DNA of 64,000 nt from Schmidtea polychroa (lineage: Eukaryota), in the NCBI GenBank assembly GCA_044892525.1, contig CM097887.1, forward strand, positions 87,584,397-87,648,396, read 5' to 3'. Under the pieces are notes generated by a model. That model did no database searches, had not been told where the DNA came from, and saw only the letters and a list, made by a program, of their open reading frames with translations. This document shows positions 1 to 14,080 of this stretch, one piece after another. Numbering within the stretch: position 1 is the stretch's first letter; every line of letters starts with the position of its first letter. A program made the position numbers and the translations under genes.

Positions 1-2332
1 TTGTCAAACATTTTATCAATCAACATAAGTTTTTAAATAATAATTAATATTTTATAAAAAGTCGCGGAAACCTCGGTAAATTTATTCATTAAAAATTCAA
101 TAAAATCCTATCTTAGGAATTTAATAAAATCACTCATTTTGATTTTTTACCTCACTTTTATTCAAAGATAACATTTTATTTATTTATTTATTATTTTATC
201 AAGTCCCATAAAAATGACTTAATAAATTAAATGCGATGGCAAATTTTTGGCACAACCTTTATCAAGTATTAGAATTTATAGAAAAGCTATTAGCTCATTT
301 AATTTTATCAAAATTTTCTAGTCTGATTACAAAATATTTTTTTATAAATTTTTCAATCATTAAAAACCAAAAAGCATTTAAAATTCATTTAAAATACAAA
401 ATTCATCATTTTAGCGCAACAATTTTCTGCTAGCAAATATAAAATGTTATCATTGAAATTTCTGATGAATGATTCATAAATAGAAACTGAAAAATAGAAA
501 AAACAAAATCACGGGATAAATCATAAATTCCAAGAAAATCATTTCAAGCTAAATTTATAAGCTGTGCAATAGACAGATATTCAATTAATCCTCCTTTTCC
601 CATTTTTTATTATTTACATTTACAATTTATCACCAATCAGGCAAAAAGAAACTTAAACAAGTTTTCAAAATTTCTAAAATAAACGGTAAAAACTACCCTA
701 TTTTATCTCATACGAAATATTTTTTATAAATTTAAGAATTAAAAATGGAATATATTTAATTATTTATGTAGTTCAAATAAAATATTTTAATATCAAATAA
801 TAAATCATCGCTATCTGTTGAAGAGTAATAAAAATGAAATTAATAAAAAATAATTAAGAGAAATATTAATTACAAAACAGATATTAAAATGAAATTTTTC
901 AAAATTACCCAAAAAAATATTTAAGTTCAAAAGATCGTTGTTTTATGAATTAACTCAATGTAATAAATTATCTAGGTTCACTCTTTTCAAAGACCAATTA
1001 GATCCATTTTTTATGAGAACTGTGATATATGATAAAAATTTATTAATAATAACCCTGTAAATTAGACACAAATAAGATGTAAAATGAGTTCCTTGATTGA
1101 TCTTTAGACCTAAAAAGCGTAAAAGGTTAATGTTATACAGCAAGGTTTATCTCAAAAACGATAAATTTGAAGTCTACTCTGGATAACTTAATTTACTTTA
1201 CAATAATTTGCAAAAAAACACGTTAATATGTTGCTCAATATGCACTGTACACATTTGGTAATGAAAAATTTCGCGTTTCAAAATAATTATTGGGAAATTT
1301 TACCACATCCGCTTCATCTAAAGAACAGAGCAAAGTAAATTTAATTTATTTCGGTCCCTGAAGTATTTATTTAGCAACAAAATATTAAAAAATTCCACAT
1401 AAAGATTTTGCTGTTTCACTTTATCAATCTAAAAACTCAGTAATTAATTATTAACGAAATCGAAGAGCCACTGGTTGTTTGCTAAAGGACTGATTGTAAT
1501 GAAGAATATTTATTTGTTAATATCATCTTTTTTGATGTTATCAATATGTTATTACATGAAAAAAACATGTTAAAATTATCTCCAACTTAACAAATTTTTC
1601 AAATAAATTAAAGCCTACTTTTTAAAGACGATACTAGAATATAAATAAATATTCCAATATATTTTATATTAAAAATAACATTATTTTAATTATTTTATTT
1701 AAAATGTTATCTAAAATTTAAAACAACTGAAAAAGGTAGGTTGGAAATTCTTGTCAAATAAAAATACTGATAAAAATTTAAAATTTATATTCAAAAATTG
1801 TGAAAATTATTTAACATTTTTTGTAACAAAATTTATTCGTAAAATTTTGTAAGTGCTTTTTCGGACTGACTTTATGGAAATAAATAAATGTAAAATCTGG
1901 TACATTATTGATAATATTTAATAGAAATTATTATAAAAAAATATTACATAAATCTGATAAATGGAAAAATATTTCATTTTGGCATCATAATACATTTGTC
2001 ATGCACAAAAATCAAAATGTGTTCTACTTCTATTTATCCATAATTTCCCATTTCGGTTTCACAATCAATTTAAATTGGCAAATAGATAAATGCAATTTAT
2101 GAACAAATTGTTTCAAGTAAAGACTGTTTAAAAATGCTACATTTAACCTAAATTTCCCGCAGTATTCTTCCAGGTTTACTGAAATGCACCTGTTGAAGCT
2201 TTCCAGGGTTGCATGTTTAAACTTTTTACAGAGAATATTTTTGAAAAAAACTAAACATAATTTTAAAAATTCACGCAGTAGCAATTTTAATGCTAGTGAA
2301 ATCTCACACATCTTTGTTAATGTCTTACAATG

Positions 2333-2552
2333 NNNNNNNNNNNNNNNNNNNNNNNNNNNNNNNNNNNNNNNNNNNNNNNNNNNNNNNNNNNNNNNNNNNN
2401 NNNNNNNNNNNNNNNNNNNNNNNNNNNNNNNNNNNNNNNNNNNNNNNNNNNNNNNNNNNNNNNNNNNNNNNNNNNNNNNNNNNNNNNNNNNNNNNNNNNN
2501 NNNNNNNNNNNNNNNNNNNNNNNNNNNNNNNNNNNNNNNNNNNNNNNNNNNN
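2333..2552. other. Assembly gap (220 N)
   Basis: Run of N; the X-containing ORFs at 2030-2646 are artefacts of it. Confidence 0.99.
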
Positions 2553-4789
2553 TAATAGAAAGCGTATGTCAAAATGGAAAATTTATAGAAATTTTATCTC
2601 TAAATTAAAATTGAATCCTCCGAGAAATATGAATAGATATTTCTGATAAAATTCTGAGTAATTACACAGAAATCCTGCTGATTCCATTAGCATGTCACAT
2701 ATTTAGAAGAAATTGGACAGATCTAAATGAAATTATGCAATTGGACTTGTTAAGTAATCTATCTGTGAAAAGATTATTAAGAATTTAATACAGATTTCGA
2801 TTTCTGCGCAATTACTGATTTTCTATTTACTTTTCCATCCAACATTAAATGTGAATTGAATTTAAATTAATTCATCATTTATTTATCGGTTAAACAAAAA
2901 CTTGGAAACCGAAGTTAATAATTTTACAAAGTTTTAATAATAATTTGTAGCGATATTTAGGTAGGGTTTGTTTGAGACTGTCGCCAGTTTATTAACCAAT
3001 TAATCAAAATCTCACATTAAAAGATGAATATTTCAATAATTTGTTTTAACGTTCTAAAACACATCTTTAAAATATTGCCTTTTACAAAAGAATAACTTGA
3101 ATTTAGTCAAGTGAGCTCATTTTAGAATAGTTTTAAAGCTTTATTTAAGAATTGAAAAAGTCATAACACGGGTTTGCATTTTTCAAATGTACATCAGTCG
3201 ATGGTCAGGGGGCTCACTTTAAATCTAGTTACATACAAATTACTATTTAAAAGCAATAATTATATTTCAAATATAAAATACTTATAATTTATATGCGAAA
3301 AGTCTAAATTTTTGTATTAAATTGTGACTTTTATTATCTATAACATTCTCAAATTTTATTGATTATTATTGTCATTAAAATTACTTCATTAGATATAAAA
3401 ATATAATTGAAATTATTTAAGATTCAAATAAATTACGAAAACCTCAGCATTTTATTTATAGATTTTTAAGCGCAAATCTGTTCGTTAATAAATCGAAATT
3501 ATTATTTCATCATTTAAAACAACAATCTGACGGCTAAATAATAGATTAGTTTCGCCACACATCTAAATACTAAAAAAGTACTTGCAAATGACATAAAAAC
3601 TTTACTAATATAGACCTATGGTTTTTCATATGGCCTGCAGACACTGACTATTTTCAATTTAATGATGAGAGTAAGTTATCATAGTTTTCCGCGGTTAAAC
3701 ATAGAAGGCAAAAGTGTAACATGGAAATTTAATGGCTAACTAAATTCTTAAAATGTATGTGACATGATTGAATTTATTCTTTTAAAAATAATATTATAAT
3801 AAAATATGGAATCACAATTTAAGACACGCATATCTAAAAGATTAAGTACCTCAGTGTTGAAATTGATAATCTTGGTATTTAATTACATGAAAATTGATAG
3901 AGAAATGGTATGAAACGATAAATATATGAAAATTAAATAGAAATTAGGTATAGAAAATTAACTAAACCTTATTATAAAAAAGAGCTCCATTTACAAATCC
4001 AACTTTTTATAGAGTAGATAAGTGTAAAAAGCGTGATGGACAGTAAAATTGAGAATATGTTGAGCAATTTTAAAGAACAATGAGAAATTAAATAAATATA
4101 TGTTCTAAAAATCCATGCAAAAAAAATAATAATAAAAAACCAAAATATAAGTAATTAGCAAACTTACATACAAAACATACTTCATATACGTATCAGTTAT
4201 TAAAAAAATTCAAAGAATAAATTATACAGAAATAAATTATAAATCATTAATTATTATTTAGCTAATATTCATTGCTACTTGATAATAAGCGACCGATTGG
4301 ATAAAACCTGCTACCATCACTAGAAATTTGAAATATCTCTAACAAGTTTGGATCTAATGGAGACTCGTACGTTATTAAGTATTTAATAGCTGGAAAAAGA
4401 TCCTGTAATATTGACGTTTATTTTCTTTCATCTCTTATCAGCTGCTGTGTTTTTGTTCAGTTAGCTTCTTATACATTTCTTGATACCAAATTAGACAAAT
4501 ATGTAACTTTTGTTGACATTTTAAAGCAAGTTCTATTCTCGGATCGTCAGTAAGGACTCACAAATTAAACTAGCTGTTATTTTATGAATTAGATTCTGTT
4601 CTTTGTTATCGTTACAGTGGTTCTTAAAATAAATGGATAGACTCATCCAGAGGAACATTATTAAAATATACTACATAACTCGAAAGAAATCATATTTTCA
4701 ATATCATCATTATAAAAAGAAAATTTAAAGCTATGTTTACATTCATACTCAGAATTTATTCATGGTTTTAATGCACCACCTAGAAATAT

Positions 4790-5223
4790 CAGGCCCGTAA
4801 CAAGGGTGGTGCAAGCGGTGCAGTAGTACAGGGCGCACATCTGAAAGGGGCGCAAAATTGGAATGTAACATTTTTTAATGTTACCAAAAAATAACAAAAT
4901 ATAAATAAAAGAAATTATCAAATGGCCTGCAAAACTACGCCTTAGCTAGCGTAACATTGCTGATTGGACTGGTCCATTAGCGTGCCTTCGTAGGTGTGTA
5001 TTTTGTAAAGTTTTAGTCCACAAAATGGATTCCTGTCATTTTTTCAATTAGCAACAGAATTTTTAGAGCATTACTACCTATTATAATAGCTGGAGATGAA
5101 TAAATAGTTAACAATCTTAACATGAATATTATAATTATTATAGTAGGCTGTTTTGAATTCGGGTTGTAGGGGCGCAAGATATATGAACCACACAGGGCGC
5201 AATAATGCCTTGTTACGGCCCTG
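4790..5223. mobile_element. Non-autonomous hAT element (MITE, 434 bp)
   Basis: TIRs CAGGCCCGTAACAAGG / CCTTGTTACGGCCCTG (15/16 match); perfect 8-bp TSD AGAAATAT (4782-4789 and 5224-5231); repeated subterminal GGGCGCA motifs. Confidence 0.92.
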
Positions 5224-6644
5224 AGAAATATAATCGTTGTTTATAGTTCAAATATACATTTTATTTATATACATAATAACCTCAAGATGGCAATTAATAT
5301 GTTTTTTATTTATCAGAAAGAAATATAAATGGCGAACTTTATTTAAATAATTAATTATAGTAAGCAATTTCATCTTTGAAAATCTGTTTATGCAAGATTT
5401 ATTGTTACATAGAATAGCACTAGATAAAAGTCGTACCGAAAATTTGTTTTACATAAGAAATAATAGGTGTTGATCATTTTTGTCATTTAATCATAATAAT
5501 AATAATAATTCCATTTAAACCATTTCAAGTTAAATATTGTTATGTATTCAATATAAATTTCTGGTTTCGAAAAGTGTATTAGTTGTAAATAATATTATAT
5601 TTTCAACAATTTCCTAAACCGACAGGGCAATCTTTTATGATAACGTTCGGTTTTTATAACTGGAACTTATTATAAATGTATCATTCCCTTTTCTATATAA
5701 ATACAATGATTGGTTATCAAACAAATACAATATCATTAGTTAGTACTATGGTTTCAATTTTAAAAAATTTTTATGTATATTGAATTTTTTTAAAAAATAT
5801 AAAATAAAATAATTCGTTAATAAATTAGTTTTTCATTTATTAGTGTGACCTTGATATATAATAGAATTATATTATATATCTAATTTTATAGGGTTCCATC
5901 TGATTTCATTTGTCATTTTATATATTAAATATTATTAAATATTTAAAATGAATTTTGATTAAAGATTAATTAATAGTTTTTAACCTTTTCTGGTCAAATT
6001 ATTAATAATTTAAAAATAAAAGTAATTTGTTCAAATTAAAAATAGAACGCTTAATTTAGAAACGAAAACTAAATCTCAGGATCAATTGATATAATGGATT
6101 GTGCAAACAAATTACAAAATTATTATTAATATTTTAGATTTGACTTAAAGGAGTTTATTTTAGAATATTTTAGAAGTAATTTTTAAATAACAAATGCCTA
6201 CCGTATCATGATTTTGATTAAAATTAATTCAAATTGGTATTAACTCAACTCTCATATGTTTCTCATTCTTATGAACACTAAGGATTTTAATGGTCATTTT
6301 CGACCAATGAGTAGTTTAGTTAATAAAAGTTCATAATATTTTTGTTCTTTTTTAATTTGTATTTCAGTATCTTAAAATTACAAAACAAGGACAGAAGTAT
6401 TAATTCCACAATAATAATAATAAAATAACCACAAGACCTTATGAAGATTAAAACAATTTTTTAATAAACCTATTAAAACGTGTAATTTAAAATATTTCAA
6501 ATTTTAATATTAGCACGCAATCACCGGCACTTGTCATTCAATTGTGGCTGGAACTACTATAAAACAAAGTATATATTATAATCTAAACAATTTAAAATTT
6601 TAAAAATTATATTTTGGCACAATGGCAAAACATGTCAAATACGT

Positions 6645-7074
6645 GTGGCAGGATTAACCATTAGACAAATAAGGCACGTGTCTTGGGCACTAAGCGTTTG
6701 TGGGCACCACAAGTCCTCAAGAAAAAAATTTTTTGAACAAATTTAGGTCCAGAAACAACTGAAAATTGAAAAAGTGCTATGAAAATGAAGAAATAAATTA
6801 TAATAAAAATTCACATTCAAGTTTGGTACAATCTTAAATGTTTAAAAATTAAGCGCATAAAAATTTTAAAAACTCGTGATAAATGGTAATGACTAAAATG
6901 TGTACCGTGCGGACTCACCATTCATTCGTGTTTAACCCTAACCCTGTCTCTAACCTTAATCCTGACGCTAACGTAATAATATTGAACATACAGTGGAAGA
7001 TCAAGGGCCTGGGCAGAATGGGGTACCCATGTCGGTTTGTGCCTTGGGCACTAAAATGGCTTAATCCAGGCCCG
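6645..7074. mobile_element. Degenerate hAT-like MITE containing a telomere-like hexamer tract
   Basis: Imperfect inverted ends GTGGCAGGATTAACCATT / AATGGCTTAATCCAGGCCC; subterminal TTGGGCACTAA repeated near both ends; no clean TSD. Confidence 0.55.
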
Positions 7075-7870
7075 GTGACAGTCAATGTGTTAATAATTTC
7101 TATCAAATATCAATAAAATAAGAAATAGATAATCTCTTACATTTATTTGTAAGAACATTCAATACTTTTATATTTTTTGTTTTTATAGTCTTGTTAATAA
7201 GTTAATAAAAAGTTCACATTGATTAAGAAATTTTTAATCCAACAGAATGTTTAAATTTGAATAAAGCTACATTTGTGTTTTAAACTGAATTTTGAAAAGG
7301 TATTTCAAAATCAATAACAAATTCATTCAAACAATTAATAATTCAAATATTTTCTTGGTAAATATCTGATATACAATATATTATTTGATTAAAAATTATT
7401 AGAATTTTATTAAAATTTTATTAAAATTTTACTTTCAAAAATATTACAAGTGAAAGTTTATTGATTATTCATACAAAAAGCCCAAACTCTTAAGTGGTTG
7501 GTAGAATTTTTCTAATTTCCTGTTTATATGCAAAAAAACTTGAATTAATTGAATATTTTCTACTTACATGCCTGATTAATTTGTTTCAATGATCTAAATT
7601 ATTAGGGAATTCTTTTTTAATTTTAAGTTTAAATTGTATTATGCCAAAAAATACAATCACAATACATATCATAATTATTAAACCAGTCGTGTTATCTGAC
7701 TACCTGATTTCGGGACTGCGCATTTTTGTTTTGACTATTCAAATGAAATTAAAAATACAGTATAATTACATAAATATCAAATAACTTGAGATTTATAATA
7801 AGATTTATAAAAAAATGTTTTTTACACAAGTACACTAGCATTTTACAAAGACGTATTTAGAGATTGTTTA

Positions 7871-8080
7871 NNNNNNNNNNNNNNNNNNNNNNNNNNNNNN
7901 NNNNNNNNNNNNNNNNNNNNNNNNNNNNNNNNNNNNNNNNNNNNNNNNNNNNNNNNNNNNNNNNNNNNNNNNNNNNNNNNNNNNNNNNNNNNNNNNNNNN
8001 NNNNNNNNNNNNNNNNNNNNNNNNNNNNNNNNNNNNNNNNNNNNNNNNNNNNNNNNNNNNNNNNNNNNNNNNNNNNNNNN
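7871..8080. other. Assembly gap (210 N)
   Basis: Run of N. Confidence 0.99.
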
Positions 8081-8345
8081 TAATAAAATGTGAAATAAAA
8101 TAATTTTTATTAGAGTTGATTACATAGATTATAGTAAATCTGAAACTTCTAAAAAATAAGAAGTTATCTGTAAAACTTTTCCTTAAAAATACCATAATTG
8201 CATCCGTCTACATAATTTGGTAATTAAATTAGGTTAATCAATTAATGAAATGAATTCCACAAAAAATTATTTATTTTAATTTTAAATTACAATTCATATA
8301 ATTATTCTAATATGAAATTTGAAAATTGTTTGTTTAATTAATTAA

Positions 8346-8514
8346 CCCTTAAATGTATTCTGTTGCATATCTCCAACAATTTATTTAAGCGCTTATAACT
8401 CAGTATACATGCAATAAAGGAACTTTAATGCATAGTGTTGCACAAGTCTAACAAAACGCCGAGTCACTGTGTATACCTTTATTTTTGAATTTGGAAAAAT
8501 CATGCATTTAAGGG
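8346..8514. mobile_element. piggyBac-type MITE (169 bp)
   Basis: TTAA on both sides (8342-8345, 8515-8518); TIRs CCCTTAAATGTAT / ATGCATTTAAGGG (12/13). Confidence 0.85.
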
Positions 8515-8871
8515 TTAAAATAGAAAAGGAAAATTTTTAGTTTTAAAAGTGACGCAAAAATATTAAACACGTTTTCTAAGTTGAAGTGCGCTAACAATAA
8601 TAACGTATTTAAACATATTTAGACATTTAACCGAATGAAATATACAATAAATCGTGTTATTATCTCAATATTTATTGAAATCAACATGGATAGTGTCTTT
8701 GAACACAATTTTATTTAATAAAATGATTAATACAGTCACAAGGTCATTTGAATATTTTGGAATATTTTTCGGATGCAACTATTTTGAATGTTAAAATTTT
8801 ACCAATTTGAAAAATAACTCATTTCATAATTTAAAATAAAAAAAATTTGTTTTAAATTTATTTTATTTATC

Positions 8872-9125
8872 NNNNNNNNNNNNNNNNNNNNNNNNNNNNN
8901 NNNNNNNNNNNNNNNNNNNNNNNNNNNNNNNNNNNNNNNNNNNNNNNNNNNNNNNNNNNNNNNNNNNNNNNNNNNNNNNNNNNNNNNNNNNNNNNNNNNN
9001 NNNNNNNNNNNNNNNNNNNNNNNNNNNNNNNNNNNNNNNNNNNNNNNNNNNNNNNNNNNNNNNNNNNNNNNNNNNNNNNNNNNNNNNNNNNNNNNNNNNN
9101 NNNNNNNNNNNNNNNNNNNNNNNNN
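8872..9125. other. Assembly gap (254 N)
   Basis: Run of N. Confidence 0.99.
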
Positions 9126-9769
9126 TGGACACAGTGAACACCGGAACTAGTGATAACCGTCACGATTGGAATTAGAAGTATTAAAAGAGACAAAATACCT
9201 CACAATAAATTTTTATTTAACTGATGGAAAATAAAATAAAATTCAAGATTTAAACGTTACGAAATCCGTTGTATTTATTGGATCAGTCTCTGGAAATGAT
9301 TTTTATCAGTGATTCTATAGCTTATTATTAAATATTCAAAAATAAAAATTGAATTATGTATTAATTTTAAACTTTGGTGTCACTTATTACTTTTCATTTT
9401 GTCTTATCAACAAGGTATTTCAAAAATAATTTTACGATGTACTTTTATGCCGTTAGTCATGGTTTCCTAATCTACAACTTAAAGTCGAGTTAAATATTTT
9501 CTAATCAAAAATTACTTTAAATGTAACTTCAAACTTATACTCAAACGAACTTGCAATCTGTTTATACGACAATTTCCAAAAGTGGAAAATTGGGAAAAAA
9601 ATGACACAAGAACAAAGCATTTGGAATAATTATATAATTGGATGAATAAACCGGAACTTATATTACTACTCTTAAATAGTAAATTGTAATTTTTTTTTCG
9701 AATATAAATGATTAAACTTAATAATCTCAAGGTCGTCATCTGCCGCGAACCATGGGCAGATTTTGGACC

Positions 9770-10087
9770 TAGTGCCGGTCTTAGACAATTTTGAAATAAT
9801 GCCGCTCTAGGTGGGTTATCAACTTGAGTAATCAGTTACAACAAGGATAATCGAAGTTCCTACCTTAAACAATTTTGTGTTATATAAAAAGTGATATTAG
9901 TAGTACGAAGCACAACTAATAATTTTCATATAATAATAATAATAATTTTCATAATAATTTTCATAATTTTCATAATTTTCATAATTTTCATAATAATTTT
10001 CATAATAATTTTTAAATATTTTTAAATTTTAATTTTTCATAATTTTGCCACCCATTGAAATAATGTCGCTCTAGGCAGCCGGCACTG
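9770..10087. mobile_element. hAT-like MITE (318 bp) with internal CATAATTTT tandem repeats
   Basis: Ends TAGTGCCGG / CCGGCACTG; 8-bp flanks TTTGGACC and TTTAAACC (6/8); subterminal GAAATAATG(C/T)CGCTCTAGG occurs near both ends. Confidence 0.65.
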
Positions 10088-11297
10088 TTTAAACCCCACA
10101 AAATACGGAACACTCGATATATGAAAATAACATTAAAGAAAACATCTTCAACTACATTATTAAACTGATTGATATAGAATTAATATTTTAATGCAAAATG
10201 CGTTTATATTAATCACAATTATGCTTACATGCAATACATGTATTATATTTGTTATTGTTGAGATAAATGCAAGTCCTGATTAATTTCACACAACAAAAAA
10301 TCTTCATAATAACAATTTAGTTTTTTAACATTTTTACAACAAATTTGTGAATTTCTTCAAATTCTTGTCATCATTTTAACACCTCTGTGTCCCCGAAGTA
10401 TTTAGCTGCGCGCCGAAAGAGATACCCCTATTCATCAGCCACTAACAACAGTTTTGAATGTAACCAAAGCAAACCCAATAAACCCAATATTGCCAATGTT
10501 AAAATTTGCTTTCAGACAGAACTGTTTGAATTTAATTAGAAATTATAAAATAAATGAAGTATAATATCTCTAATGTGATTATTAAATTATCAATCAGTAA
10601 GTTATAAAATTTCGTTCTGCTTGTGATTGCGGCCTTTCATTTGTTCCGGTCTATGAAATGTATCATTGTTTAAGGGCACAGAAAAACAGGAAATACCATA
10701 TAGAATAGAATTTTCAGGATAAAATATTCGATATGAAATCCATTTTATTTTTAGATTGTTATGGATATTTTTTTAATCGGAATCATTGCCTTTTAACAAT
10801 AGAACATATTTACATATCCGCACCTGGCTTATATCCCCAGCCTCGTGTCAGCAAAGAGGGCGATTGAAAAATGTAACATTCTCTGGACTCAGGCCTCTTT
10901 TTACAGAAAATTGGATTAAATGAAAGTTTTACTAGCATTTATATTCTTAGAAATGACGTAAATATTGTCCCCCACAATAAATGCAAGTAGTTCGTTACAA
11001 GATGATTTTTTTTAGCATTTTGTACATAATTTATTAAACTTTACATTTAAAATCAGTCAAATTTGGTATTTAATATTTATTTATACAAAGTTGGAAAATT
11101 TTGGTACCTCTCAATCAATATAAATTGTGATTTATAATTATGAAATTAAAATATATTTGCGATTAATTTATTTACTAGAGCCCTCATATAATTGTCCTAG
11201 GTCCATTAATTTCTCTTGATACCCTTGACAAAACTACATATTGCAAATTATTCAGATAAAGTCAAAAAATAAAAAATATAAGGGGTAAATATGTACT

Positions 11298-12100
11298 CAG
11301 GCCCGAATTAACCTCTTCGTATGTCCTAGCAATAATAATATAAGATCATTGTAATCAACTCCTTTTTCAGTACTGAAATTTATAAAAACAGAAACAAAAG
11401 AAAATAAAGAAAGCTGCTCGACAAATGTAAGCGATGATATCCAACCAGAAAACACTATAAGAAAACTTTAGAACAATTAAAATCAGGTATGGAAGATAAA
11501 CAAGATGAATTTACAGATGATACTGATGTAGTAGTAGCCGATGTTTCTACCAAAGTAAAAGTATCTCCAGAATATGAAATAATAATCACAAAAAGTCAAT
11601 TTAAATTATAATAATGACCCAGTCAAGTGGGATTATACTAATAATATAATAAGTTATTTTGCTGAAAATATTCCTTTGCGAAATATAGAATTCGATTTTC
11701 TTTGAAATGTGTACTTTGATGAATATTTTGGTTAATTTCAATTCAATAAATTATCACCTTTATGTTTAAAATGAATATTTAGCAATAATAAATCGTCAAA
11801 ATACTCAGTATAAATTAAAAAGTTCGTGGAATATAGCAAAATAAATAAAAGCGAAGCTATTTTTAAGTTAAATTTTTTAAAGTGATATTCGATGCAATTT
11901 CTAATGGCATACTAGTTTCGAGCTTATTTGTGTCTCATATATCTCATTTAATTATAAAAAATGTCATTAAAACATCGCAATCTTTACACATGGAGTATGT
12001 TCTTACGTTTCATCGCTATTCAATTTTAATAAATTTATCGCTTTCGCTTTGTAATTATTTAATTATTTATAAAATAATGATTTCTTGGTAGCAGCATTTA
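11298..12100 (+). mobile_element. Decayed hAT element (left TIR plus possible transposase traces)
   Basis: Starts CAGGCCCGAATTAACC (hAT-type TIR). The ORF at 11882 (IFDAISNG...FVSHISHLIIKNVIK) loosely resembles the hAT DNAxN / CxxH-LNL-VK region. No right TIR found. Confidence 0.35.
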
Positions 12101-12106
12101 TTATTT

Positions 12107-12272
12107 AAAACAATAAAATGATAATTTAAGCCTTTTGCTGCAAATAATGTATTTAATGAAAATATTTTCGACTATAAGATAATCCTTGTCAATCTCCTAT
12201 CTTATAGTCGAAAATTTTTTCATTAAATACATTATTTGCAGCAAAAGGCTTAAATTATCATTTTATTGTTTT
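12107..12272. repeat. Fold-back inverted repeat: 75-bp arms, 16-bp loop
   Basis: 12107-12181 is the reverse complement of 12198-12272 with one mismatch. Confidence 0.95.
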
Positions 12273-13401
12273 ATTTAATTATTTTTGTATTAAATCTAAT
12301 TAAATTGAATATAATTTATGTTGGTTAAAGAATATGATTCCGCAGTTCTGCGTTGAACGATTACAATGAAGGTTATGTTTTTTACACTTCACTACTCCAT
12401 TAAGAATTCTTGTCTAGATTGACCTGAAACTTCAAAATAGACACTCAAAGACCGTAACAAGTTTAATATATATATTTACTCTCTATTTCCCTAAATTAGA
12501 GTCTCGGTATATTTCCCTCTGTAATCAAGTTTTTTTTATTTTACAATCAAGTTCAATTTCCCAAGAGACCAAATAGTTTAAAACTTTGGAAATGAAATTT
12601 GCTACAATTTATTGATTTATAAAAATATTGAGAATTTTTTTGAAAACATTTATACTTGAAAATTTTTAATAAAAAATTAAACTTTATATAGAAAAAATTG
12701 AGAAAATGTTTACTAATAAAAACACTTGCACTATTGATTTTCAATATTTATATTATAATTAATAAATATAAAACTCGTGCACTTATCAGTTGTCATTTGG
12801 TCATGGCTTATATCTGGCAATGGTAAATATGTAAATTATTGTCATCGTGTCTTCAGTATCCAAAGATTTGCATTAAATGCATTGACATATGGTACACAGT
12901 ACAAAATACTTCATGAAAATAAATAAATACAAAAGTTTTTTCGGCTTTTATCCAAATCTCATCAATAACCAAATGTAAATACAAAAGTTAAAAAAGCTTT
13001 TTCTAAAATAAGGAATAGAGCTGAGTCACAATAAATAAATGAAATATCATCAAAGATAGAAAACAGATTAAGTGACCAAAATAAAAAATTGGGCTGATAA
13101 ATAAATAAAATTAAATAATTTTTGAAAGTTTTTTATTCATAAAATATCATTATCAGAAAAGTGCTGATCAATCAAACTTAACGATAAACTTCTGATAATT
13201 CTAGTAATAAATATTGACTTGTAATTAAATTTAAATTAAATTAAAATTAATTGAAAACGGTATGCAGTGAAAAGTATATAAACTGAATTCTGGCATATTC
13301 TTTGTAAATATTTAATATAAAAGTGATAAAAAGACATTCATTACAGAGTATAACATTTATTAAAATACATATAATGTTTTAATAAAAGTTTCTGGACATA
13401 T

Positions 13402-14080
13402 TTAACCCTTTGGATACCGCGTGACCTATGGGTCCACAGCGATTTTCTCCGAGAGTATAAGGCAAAGATGAAAGCTTTTTACATCATTATTTAGAACTTA
13501 TAATAACGAACATTTTGAGATATAAAACAAATTTTTATCATATTCTGGTCGTCAGATAATTCAGTTACAATTTTAAAAATAGGCCTTTTTCAAAGTGAAA
13601 TAAAACATTGAAGATAAAGGAAAAAATTCATGAAACATAAATTGTTTGATAGAACCACTATCGATCATATATGGGTAGAAAATTTCATAGAAAATCTAAG
13701 TAGAACCTGAGTATTTTTCAAAATAATAAAACCTACTTTTGAGAAATTTTGAATCTTTGATTGTCTTCTCATTAACCCTTTCGCGGAAACATGAAATTTA
13801 GAAAATGTTCGCAAAGTGACACAAGTAATTATTTCGGTTTTAATGCAGATATTTAAATTCGGATTTCAGTTTTGGGTTTGTGGTTTATTTAATATTGCAT
13901 TTTTACTGAAAACAAAATAAATATAATATGTGGAGACACACCGACGTGTCCTTTTGGAGATTTTGTTTTGTTAAAGGGACACGTCGGATATGCTCGACGT
14001 CGAACACTTTTTTTATGTGTTGGCATATGCCGACGTGTCCCAATTTAAGCAATTCGTAGTATCGGCCTATGCCGGTTTCA
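13402..14080 (+). mobile_element. Two piggyBac-type left ends (13402 and 13772) with a subterminal palindrome cluster
   Basis: TTAACCCTTTGG at 13402 and TTAACCCTTTCGCGGA at 13772, the latter identical to the start of the 41141 element; inverted repeat GGGACACGTCGG(C)ATATGC at 13976-13993 / 14023-14041. Confidence 0.55.

Noticed and set aside
2550-2830. Possible hAT C-terminal remnant (ILLIP..., KNLIQISIS)
   Set aside because: Similarity too weak and fragmentary to call by eye.
3074-3092. GCCTTTTAC, the U5 snRNA loop I sequence
   Set aside because: No proper flanking stem and no Sm site; expected by chance in AT-rich DNA.
2030-9193. ORFs containing long X runs
   Set aside because: Artefacts of translating through the three N gaps.
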